Below are positions 1-8,424 of a DNA stretch of 64,000 nucleotides, in pieces. The stretch covers positions 42,324 to 106,323 of the forward strand of contig CAZWUI010000004.1 in NCBI GenBank assembly GCA_964637515.1, written 5' to 3'. Under the pieces are notes generated by a model. The model was not told the origin of the DNA. It worked only from the letters and a program-made list of their open reading frames with translations, and made no database searches. The translations under genes and the position numbers were made by a program. The first letter of the stretch is position 1; every line of letters starts with the position of its first letter. Source of the DNA: an uncultured Bacteroidaceae bacterium (lineage in GTDB: Bacteria; Bacillota; Clostridia; Christensenellales; CAG-917).

Positions 1-3000
1 TGGGATATGATGAATAGAATCCCGACTGTCATCAATAGCGGTACGATTTCAGGCGGTACGTTCGAGTGCAACGTTGTGAACAACGGCACTATCTCAAACG
101 GAACGTTCCAAGTTTACATCGGTACATACGCACCTAAAGACGATCCTACCGTGACAAGCGTAGGCACTCAAACGAAAGCGGCGATCATAAGCGGCGGTAC
201 GTTCGATTTGGCTATCACGGACGCTAGTTACACGAATATCTCAAACGGCACGTTCAAAAAATCCGTCAAGACTTCAAATAGCACCATTTCGGGCGGTACG
301 TTCGAGGGCTACGTCGAAAACACCGATTACAGTGAGATTACGAACGGTATCTTTAACGGCTCGGTCAAGAATACAATGATGAGTTCAAAAATCAAAGGCG
401 GTACGTTCAATCTAACTTCCTTGGTCAACGAAGGATATGGTGAAATTCAAGGCGGTACGTTCACGATCAGCGGAACTTTCACCAATGATTTATTGGGAAT
501 GATCACCGGCGGACAATTCACTTTGAATGGTGATTTCGTCAATAATGCGAACGCACTTCAAGGCGGTACTTTCATCGAAGGAGAGGGCAGTAATGTCACT
601 ATCTACAACGAAAGTGCTTACAGTCAAATCAACGGCGGAACTTTCACCGTATCTAAAGTCGTAAACAAAAAATATATCACCGGTGGAACTTTCTACGTCG
701 ACGAACTCGTCAACGGCACGCTCAACGAAAGCGACGGTTCTGTTTCCGACGCGGGAACAATTAACGGCGGCACTTTCTACGTGTCGGGTGAATTAAAAAT
801 TGTCGGTAGCGTCAGCGGACGTAACAATAGCGGCGGCGACATAACCTACGTCGTGTTCAATATGTCCGCGGATGCGGAAAACTATACGAATCTCAAGTAT
901 TGCAAATTCTTGAAAGCGGACACGGCAGAGTCCGTCACTCTCAAAAACTACGGCAAACTGGAAGACGTGATCGTAGACGTTAACGTTGACAATGTGATAA
1001 AAACTTTCACCACGTCGGCACAATCGAAAACTTACTCGGGCGAAATCAAGAGCGGTACGTATAGCGGATCTGTCACGAACGCAAACGGTATCGCAATTTC
1101 GGGCGGTGAGTTCAGTGGTTCTGTCACGAACAACGGCACGATTTCGGGCGGTACTTTCAGTAGCACTTCAACCGTCGTGAACAACTTTGATATAAGTGCG
1201 GGCACATTCAACGGCGCACTCGTAAACAACGCCAACTCGATTATGGGCGGTACGTTCAATCTCACATCCCTCACCAACACCGGTACGATTTCGGTTGGCA
1301 CTTTCACAATTTCCGGGACTCTCACGAATAGTGGCACCGTTTCCGGTGGTACTTTCAGCGGAACGGTTGCGAATAGCGGCACAATCTCGGGCGGTGAATT
1401 CTCAGGTGCGGTCACGAATAGCGGTGAAATAAACGGAACTTCGGCAACGTTCAACAATACGGTCACCAACAACGGAAATATAATCGACGGCATTTTCAAA
1501 ACTTTGGTCGTCAACAATAGCGACGCAACCATTTCCGGTGGTACTTTCAGTGGAACGGTTACGAATGGTGGCACGATCAGTGGCGGTACGTTCTCATACG
1601 CAGTCGAAAATAACGGCACGATCAGCGGCGGTACGTTCTCAACCACAAGTGTGGTCGAAAACAATGGCACTATTACGGGTGTCTCTGTTGAAGGTACGAC
1701 AAGAAGAGGCACTTTCAACGGTGCGGTTTCAAACAACGAGTACGCTTTGATTACGGACGGCACGTTTGGCGGTGTTTTTGCAAACTTCGGTGCGATAATC
1801 GGCGGCACTTTCGCAGAAAGTTTCACCAACAACGGTACGATTTCGGGCGGTACGTTCAATACCACTGCGACAATCGGCAATAGCGGTACGATTTCAGGCG
1901 GTACGTTCGGCGGTTCGGTCAACAACGAATCGACGATTTCTGGCGGCACGTTCAGCGGTTCAGTCAACAACAACGTCGGTGCAACCATTTCGGACGGTGG
2001 GTTCTTAGGCACAGTCATCAACAATACCACCGTTTCGGGCGGCACGTTCAGCATTAATTCCACTGTCACCAACAACGGTACGATTTCGGGCGGAACTTTC
2101 AACGGCACCGTCACCAACGACGGTACGATTTCGGGCGGAACTTTCAACGGCACCGTAACCAACAATACTTTGATCAACGGCGGTAAGTTTAACGGCACGG
2201 TCAACAACAATGACACTTCAAGTGGCAGCGAGAACGTTTCCGCATTCATCAAAAACGGTGAGGATACGACTGTTATTTTCGGTGAGAGTTCAGTCGTCAT
2301 TAACAATCACGGCATAATTTTGAGCGGTACGTTCAACGGTGTCGTCACCAACAAACATTTGATTAACGGCGGCACGTTTACGGGTGCAGTCACCAATGAT
2401 GTAGACGGCATCATCTTGGGCGCTACGTTCACAATCGGTAACGTTCTCACAAACTACGGAATTTTGACGAGTATTACTGTTCAAGTATCTTACGCCGAGA
2501 CAAGCAGCGCTTACGTCGCCAACTACGGTAGAATTTCGAGCGGTACATATAGCATCGAAGTCAGAAACTACAAGGAAATCAACGGCGGTACGTTCAACGG
2601 TGCAGTCGTGAACATGGAGACTGTAAACGAATCGTCAACGACGTACGGCACAATCTTTGAAGGCACGTTCAACGGCGCAGTCACCAACGGCGGCATCATC
2701 GGCGGCGACAATCCAGAAATTTCAAATGAAAGAATCATATTCAACGGCACCGTCGTCAACAATTACGTTGTTTATGGCGGAACTTTCAACGGCACCGTCA
2801 CCAACAATAATTTGATAACAGGCGGTGTGTTCTCGGCAACTTCCACCGTCAACAACGGAGAAACCACAACGACTGACGCGGATATTCAAGGCGGTAATTT
2901 CGGAGGAGCGGTCGTTAACAAGGGCGCCATTTCGGGCGGTGATTTTAGCGGAACGCTCGTGAACGACGGAACCATCTCGTTTGGTAGACTAAATTGCGAA

Positions 3001-6000
3001 GTTACAAACAATGGTACGATAGCGGGCGGTAATTTCGTCGATGCAGTCATAAACTACGGCGAAATCGATGGTCAATCGGCATCGTTTATCGACCCCGTCG
3101 AAAACAAAAACGGCGGTACGATTGTGGCGGGCATTTTTAACAATTCAGTCACCAATAGCGGCATAATAAACGGATCTTCTGCGATATTCTACGATGCAGT
3201 CACCAACAACGGAGAAATAATCAACGGTAATTTCAACTTTTCCGTCATCAACAATAGCGGTGCAACAATTTCGGGAGGCAACTTCAACGTATGCGAAACC
3301 GCTTTGCAAAATAACGGCACGATAAAGGGCGGTACTTTCGCGGTCGCAGTCACCAACAACACAAACGGCACCATTTCGGGCGGTACGTTCAACAGTGCGG
3401 TCTTGAACAACGGCATTATCACCAGCGATACCATCACCATCATTTCCATCTATCCCAAATTCACTGCGGCGGTCACCAACTACGGCAAGATTACTTCAAT
3501 CTCCGCAAGCGATACTTTCAGCGGTGAGAATTGCTCGGTCATCAACTATGGCTCTCTCGGACAGTACGTTGATGCGACTTTATCAAGCGGTCTCGGCGGC
3601 GGTGGTGTTACCTTCAATTGCCCCGTCACTTTCGAGAGTAGCAATACCGTCACGGCACTTGCAATAGGTTGCACGTTCAATGCTAGCGTGAGCGTCAAAG
3701 TTGCAGAATCTATCGGAAAAGGTAACCGATTCAATGACACGATCACCGCGGTCGGTTTCGACAATCTCGGTGCGGTGCTTTCAGACAGTGCGTTCATCAG
3801 AGATCTTTCGATGTCTGTCGAGTTCGTCAGTCCCTATGCGGTCACGTCTTTGACTGCCGTTATCACGGTCGAACACACTCACACCTACGTCGATAGCACC
3901 ACCGGACTTTGCGAATGCGGTAAAGGATGCGACCACGAAAGCGCAAACGAAAGCGCTATCTGTGCGACGTGCGGTTGCCAACTTCAAGCAAAAGTGCAAA
4001 ACACAGCGGGCGGAAGCAAAAACTATATGCGCTTGAAAGATGCGGTTAAGGCCCTCGTTGACAACGATATTCTCACCGTCTATTGTGACGTCACCTACGA
4101 TGCGGATATAACCGTCAACGCATCTTGCACAATCGTTTTGGGCGAATATAAGTTGATCGGCGACGACATTCCGTCTGAACTTGCAACCATTAATCCCGTA
4201 TATGCAAAACTCATAATTGCAAGCGGAAAGACTGTCGCTATCAACGGCACTTCTACGAGTCAGGGCGAAATCAATTCGTCTATAACCGTTCAAAACGGTG
4301 CAACTCTTGTTCTCAACAACGTCAAAATGACTCCCGACATTAATTCGTTGCTTAGAAGTGAAGATAACTACGTCATCGAAAACTACGGCACGATCGACGT
4401 CGCAGAAGGTCAATCGGCAAATTCCTTCTCGTTGAAAGGCAAGCTCGTCAACTATGGCACTATCAAGGGTGGTGAATACTCTGCAGTCAACGTCGATAAC
4501 GGTTCGGTCAACTACGGCACGATCGAGGATGCTGTAGTGCTTGTCGCTCTCACCAACTACGGCACGATCAGCGGCGGTACTTTTTCAAGAAACTTCACCA
4601 ACTCTTCAATCGTCGTCGAAGAAGCCACGAAGAACGGCACGATCACCGGCGGTATTTTCAACGGCACCGTCACCAACAATGCAAACTGCGTGATTTCGGG
4701 TGGTACGTTCAACGGATCGGTCGTCAACAACGGTACGATTTCAGGTGGTACGTTTGGCGATAATTCAGCAGTCACCAACAACGGTACGATCAACGGCGGT
4801 ACGTTCAGCGGCATCGTCAACAACAACGAGTCGACGAGCGGTGAAACCACAACTCCCGCAATCATCGACAAGAGCGAAAGCGGTGCGAAACCCGTGTTCA
4901 GTGGCACTTCCACCGTTAACAATAATAACGGCACGATCAAAAACGGCGAGTTCGGCGGAAAAGTCTACAACTTCTCACTGGTCGAAAACGGCACGTTCAA
5001 CGGCAAATTTAACAACAGCGCAAACGGTACCATTTCGAACGGTACGTTCAATCTTGAAGAGATGACTGAAAACTACGGTACTATCTCAAATGGCACCTTC
5101 AGCCTTGCGAATAATCTCGTAAACTACGGCACGATAAGTAGCGGAACGTTTGCACTTGCAAGCAGTGCGAATGACAACGTCATCATTGAAAACTTCGGTG
5201 TTGTGGGCGGCGGTGCGTACTCTGTCAGAATTGTCAATTCCGCACATTACGACGCTGCCGAAGCAGTGTGGACTCTCGGCGAAATCAAGGGCGGTACATT
5301 CAGTAAATTGACTGAAAACTGCGGTGCTATCATCAGTGGCGGTACGTTCAACGCAACCGTCAGCAATAATTGCGAAAACGATAGCGAAGGCGGACTCACG
5401 AAGGGCATCATCAAAGGCGGCACCTTCAAAGCGGTCAGCAACTCCGCTATCATCAGCAAAGTGGATAGCAGATTCCAACCCACCTTCAACGGAAAAGTCG
5501 ACAACCTTGACACGATCGAGGGCGGTATCTTCAATCAAACCGTCTACAATTTGACGAACGGCGTAATTAGCGACGGTCAATTCAGATTCGATAGTGAAGA
5601 CGATGACGCAGTCGTGAACAACGGCACCATAAAAGGCGGTGTGTTCATCGGCTCAGTCATGAACTTCGGCACGATAGAAAACGGCGCAAGTCGTCCTGTC
5701 TTCAACGGCCTTGTAACAAACGGCAATATTATCAAAGACGGCGTGTTCAACGGCGAAGTCGAGAATATGCAAACTTCATCAGGCTATGCCAAAATCGAAG
5801 GCGGTGTCTTCAACGGACTCGTCACCAACAACGGCGAAATCTACGACGGTAGTTTCGGAAATGCCGTACAAAACAAAGGTTATATCGTCGGCGGTACGTT
5901 CGGCGTTGATTCTTCCGTCAACAACGAGCGCAAAGTCCAATTCGTGAAGAACGACTTGATCTTCAAAGGCACGTTCAACAACCTGCCCACAGGCTCGATC

Positions 6001-7725
6001 CAAGACATCAAGGACGAAAACACATTCGCAAACACTGTGAATAGTAGCGGTTCGATCGTAAATTGCGTATTCTACGTGCCCGTCGTAATCAAAGGAACGT
6101 CTGCGGAAGTAGTTACGTCAATCGACCAGACCACCTTCAAGAACATCGTAACCATTGATGCAGTCGGCGTGATAGGCAGCGGCGTGAAGTTCGACAATGC
6201 GGTGTCTATCGCAGATAATAGCGAATATGCGACAAGTCTTAAAGATACCGTTTATGGAAGTAGGGCATTCTTCAAACTCGTGGACGGAAACGAAGTCTTG
6301 CAAAATGCGGACGTCAAAACCCTCAGCGAAGTGTTCGTCAAACGCCACGTACATAGCGTGTCGTCTGAAACGGGTACTTGCTCTTGTGGATACGAATGCC
6401 CGCACGATAACCATTCCGATAGCGGTATTTGCGACGATTGCTCATATCAACTTCAAGTCAAACTCGCCGGCGCAAGCGGTGTGAAGTACGTGAAAAACCT
6501 TGAAACCGCAGTGGGTATCTACGAAAGCAACGACGTTTTGACTCTGCTTTGTGACGTTACAATCACCAAAGACGTCACGTTCGATAATTTCGCATTCATC
6601 GATCTCAACGGCAAATCTATCGGAGGAAACGGCAGAATTATCACTTCGGGCGAAGATAACGTTGTGGTCGTATTCAGAAATAGCGGCACGACGGGCAAAG
6701 TCAACGTGACCGTCAAAGTCGGCGTGCAAGTCATAGTCGAAGGCGGTGCGTTCGCAAACTTCGAGGCAACGAGCGGTAGACTTGCCGTAAGCGGTGGCAC
6801 AATCGACAATATCAAAGTCAATAGCGCAACGTTTGAAATCAACGGTGGAAACGTCGGCACTCTCGGCATTTGGAGCAGTGATGCAAACGACATCTATATC
6901 TCGGGCGGTACGTTCACGGCAATCGAACTCTACGGCAATCTGAATTATTCCGACGTCTTGGCATCCGACCATGCGTATAAACTCGCATCCGACGGCTCGT
7001 TCATCAAGCTTGCGGATATGAATTCCGTGACTTCGGTCACCGTGTCCGCATGCAACGATCACGCTTGGACGGACGGTGTCTGCGACTACTGCGGGAATGT
7101 CTGCGAACATATCGGCGGCACTGCAACTTGCACTGAAAAAGCAACTTGCACAAACTGCGGTCACGAATATGGCGAAATCGACGCACATAACCATAGCGCA
7201 CTCAACGAAGTCAAGGCGGTTGCATCAACCGTGACTTCGACGGGTAATATCGCATACTATCACTGCACGGCATGCGACAAGTATTACACCGACGTGCTTG
7301 CGCTCCACGAAATCACGTTTGCCGAAACCATAGTCCAAAAACTCATTCCGTCTATCATCGAAGGCAATGACGGCTTGTTCGTGAAGAATAGCGAAAACGG
7401 CTTGACCTTCAAATCCGACGCACTCAAAGAAGATTTCATCGGTGTGTTTGTGGACGGAGAAGAAGTCGCACAAGACAACTATACGCTTGCGGACGACGGC
7501 ACTGAAATCACTCTCGGTGCAGAATATCTCGACAACCTTGCAAGCGGTGTGCACACTCTCGAAATCCGCTCGATAGGCGGTGGTGCAGTGAGCGCATTCA
7601 CCATTCAAGATGCACCGAGCGAAGGACTTTCGGGCGGAGCGTGGGCAGGCATCGGCATTGCAATCGCAGTGGCGGTTATAGGACTCATGTTTGGTTTGAT
7701 GTACGCATTCAAAAGACGTGCATAA
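1..7725 (+). CDS. Giant surface repeat protein (GGTF-type solenoid repeats, Cys/His-rich modules, C-terminal TM anchor); 5' end probably upstream of window
   Basis: 2572-aa ORF (track 7..7725) whose frame stays open to base 1. The first Met runs straight into repeat sequence with no signal peptide. About 35 exact GGTF tetrapeptides by manual count, in 15-22 aa repeats (NNGTISGGTFxGxV). Ends in hydrophobic helix GIGIAIAVAVIGLMFGLMYAF followed by KRRA. Confidence 0.85.
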   Translation, partial: WDMMNRIPTVINSGTISGGTFECNVVNNGTISNGTFQVYIGTYAPKDDPTVTSVGTQTKAAIISGGTFDLAITDASYTNISNGTFKKSVKTSNSTISGGTFEGYVENTDYSEITNGIFNGSVKNTMMSSKIKGGTFNLTSLVNEGYGEIQGGTFTISGTFTNDLLGMITGGQFTLNGDFVNNANALQGGTFIEGEGSNVTIYNESAYSQINGGTFTVSKVVNKKYITGGTFYVDELVNGTLNESDGSVSDAGTINGGTFYVSGELKIVGSVSGRNNSGGDITYVVFNMSADAENYTNLKYCKFLKADTAESVTLKNYGKLEDVIVDVNVDNVIKTFTTSAQSKTYSGEIKSGTYSGSVTNANGIAISGGEFSGSVTNNGTISGGTFSSTSTVVNNFDISAGTFNGALVNNANSIMGGTFNLTSLTNTGTISVGTFTISGTLTNSGTVSGGTFSGTVANSGTISGGEFSGAVTNSGEINGTSATFNNTVTNNGNIIDGIFKTLVVNNSDATISGGTFSGTVTNGGTISGGTFSYAVENNGTISGGTFSTTSVVENNGTITGVSVEGTTRRGTFNGAVSNNEYALITDGTFGGVFANFGAIIGGTFAESFTNNGTISGGTFNTTATIGNSGTISGGTFGGSVNNESTISGGTFSGSVNNNVGATISDGGFLGTVINNTTVSGGTFSINSTVTNNGTISGGTFNGTVTNDGTISGGTFNGTVTNNTLINGGKFNGTVNNNDTSSGSENVSAFIKNGEDTTVIFGESSVVINNHGIILSGTFNGVVTNKHLINGGTFTGAVTNDVDGIILGATFTIGNVLTNYGILTSITVQVSYAETSSAYVANYGRISSGTYSIEVRNYKEINGGTFNGAVVNMETVNESSTTYGTIFEGTFNGAVTNGGIIGGDNPEISNERIIFNGTVVNNYVVYGGTFNGTVTNNNLITGGVFSATSTVNNGETTTTDADIQGGNFGGAVVNKGAISGGDFSGTLVNDGTISFGRLNCEVTNNGTIAGGNFVDAVINYGEIDGQSASFIDPVENKNGGTIVAGIFNNSVTNSGIINGSSAIFYDAVTNNGEIINGNFNFSVINNSGATISGGNFNVCETALQNNGTIKGGTFAVAVTNNTNGTISGGTFNSAVLNNGIITSDTITIISIYPKFTAAVTNYGKITSISASDTFSGENCSVINYGSLGQYVDATLSSGLGGGGVTFNCPVTFESSNTVTALAIGCTFNASVSVKVAESIGKGNRFNDTITAVGFDNLGAVLSDSAFIRDLSMSVEFVSPYAVTSLTAVITVEHTHTYVDSTTGLCECGKGCDHESANESAICATCGCQLQAKVQNTAGGSKNYMRLKDAVKALVDNDILTVYCDVTYDADITVNASCTIVLGEYKLIGDDIPSELATINPVYAKLIIASGKTVAINGTSTSQGEINSSITVQNGATLVLNNVKMTPDINSLLRSEDNYVIENYGTIDVAEGQSANSFSLKGKLVNYGTIKGGEYSAVNVDNGSVNYGTIEDAVVLVALTNYGTISGGTFSRNFTNSSIVVEEATKNGTITGGIFNGTVTNNANCVISGGTFNGSVVNNGTISGGTFGDNSAVTNNGTINGGTFSGIVNNNESTSGETTTPAIIDKSESGAKPVFSGTSTVNNNNGTIKNGEFGGKVYNFSLVENGTFNGKFNNSANGTISNGTFNLEEMTENYGTISNGTFSLANNLVNYGTISSGTFALASSANDNVIIENFGVVGGGAYSVRIVNSAHYDAAEAVWTLGEIKGGTFSKLTENCGAIISGGTFNATVSNNCENDSEGGLTKGIIKGGTFKAVSNSAIISKVDSRFQPTFNGKVDNLDTIEGGIFNQTVYNLTNGVISDGQFRFDSEDDDAVVNNGTIKGGVFIGSVMNFGTIENGASRPVFNGLVTNGNIIKDGVFNGEVENMQTSSGYAKIEGGVFNGLVTNNGEIYDGSFGNAVQNKGYIVGGTFGVDSSVNNERKVQFVKNDLIFKGTFNNLPTGSIQDIKDENTFANTVNSSGSIVNCVFYVPVVIKGTSAEVVTSIDQTTFKNIVTIDAVGVIGSGVKFDNAVSIADNSEYATSLKDTVYGSRAFFKLVDGNEVLQNADVKTLSEVFVKRHVHSVSSETGTCSCGYECPHDNHSDSGICDDCSYQLQVKLAGASGVKYVKNLETAVGIYESNDVLTLLCDVTITKDVTFDNFAFIDLNGKSIGGNGRIITSGEDNVVVVFRNSGTTGKVNVTVKVGVQVIVEGGAFANFEATSGRLAVSGGTIDNIKVNSATFEINGGNVGTLGIWSSDANDIYISGGTFTAIELYGNLNYSDVLASDHAYKLASDGSFIKLADMNSVTSVTVSACNDHAWTDGVCDYCGNVCEHIGGTATCTEKATCTNCGHEYGEIDAHNHSALNEVKAVASTVTSTGNIAYYHCTACDKYYTDVLALHEITFAETIVQKLIPSIIEGNDGLFVKNSENGLTFKSDALKEDFIGVFVDGEEVAQDNYTLADDGTEITLGAEYLDNLASGVHTLEIRSIGGGAVSAFTIQDAPSEGLSGGAWAGIGIAIAVAVIGLMFGLMYAFKRRA
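2077..2166 (+). repeat. Tandem 45-bp duplication (two 15-codon GGTF units) inside the giant ORF
   Basis: 2077-2121 and 2122-2166 align without gaps, 42/45 identical. Differences lie only in the last 12 nt (gtcaccaacgac vs gtaaccaacaat). Confidence 0.9.
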
Positions 7726-7741
7726 CCTATATTAACACAAC

Positions 7742-7772
7742 AAAAAAACGAGGCATGTTGCCTCGTTTTTTT
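7742..7772. terminator. Bidirectional rho-independent terminator between giant ORF and rbr
   Basis: A-run, stem cgaggca/tgcctcg (7749-7755 / 7759-7765), 3-nt loop, T-run. Confidence 0.8.
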
Positions 7773-7809
7773 AATTTTGCAAGTACGCCCGCAGTTTGTT
7801 AGTGCGTCA

Positions 7810-8349
7810 TCAATAATTCTCTTCGCGAATTTCAAAGTACGCTTGCGGGTGTGCGCAGACAGGGCAGATTTCAGGTGCTGAAGTGCCGACTACGATATGT
7901 CCGCAGTTTCTGCATTCCCAAACTTTGACTTCGCTCTTTGCGAACACTTCTTGCGTTTCCACGTTGTTGAGGAGTGCGCGATAACGTTCTTCGTGCGCCT
8001 TTTCGATTGCTCCCACCATACGGAATTTTTTTGCAAGTTCAGGGAATCCTTCTTCTTCTGCGGTCTTTGCAAAACCTTCGTACATATCCGTCCATTCGTA
8101 ATTTTCACCGTCTGCGGCGGCAGAAAGGTTTTCGGCGGTAGAGCCTATGCCATTAAGTTCTTTGAACCACATTTTTGCATGCTCTTTTTCGTTGTCTGCG
8201 GTTTTAAGGAAGAGAGCGGATATTTGTTCAAAACCGTCTTTCTTTGCTTTTGATGCGAAATAGGTGTACTTATTTCTTGCTTGGGACTCGCCTGCAAACG
8301 CTTCCATAAGATTTTTTTCGGTTTGAGTGCCTTCGTATTTGTTAGCCAT
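7810..8349 (-). CDS. rbr: Rubrerythrin
   Basis: 179 aa. Ferritin-like diiron domain ([33 protein letters not shown]) plus C-terminal rubredoxin-type CRNCG...CPVC. Confidence 0.9.
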   Translation of the reverse strand: MANKYEGTQTEKNLMEAFAGESQARNKYTYFASKAKKDGFEQISALFLKTADNEKEHAKMWFKELNGIGSTAENLSAAADGENYEWTDMYEGFAKTAEEEGFPELAKKFRMVGAIEKAHEERYRALLNNVETQEVFAKSEVKVWECRNCGHIVVGTSAPEICPVCAHPQAYFEIREENY

Positions 8350-8388
8350 AGTAACGTAACTCCTTTGTTTTGACTTTTGGTATAGTCA

Positions 8389-8417
8389 ATTATACGATAT
8401 AAATCTTGCGATTTCAA
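8389..8417 (-). promoter_or_regulatory. Sigma-A type promoter for rbr
   Basis: Minus strand reads TTGAAA-17 nt-TATAAT (plus-strand tttcaa 8412-8417, attata 8389-8394), about 40 nt upstream of the rbr ATG. Confidence 0.5.
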
Positions 8418-8424
8418 GAACGTA

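Noticed and set aside
1032-2306. 424-aa minus-strand ORF with PPEIVPLL/VTVPLKVPPE repeats inside the giant gene
   Set aside because: It is the reverse-complement reading of the GGTF repeat DNA. It stays open only because the repeat lacks the relevant triplets, and the sense frame is continuous for 2572 codons.
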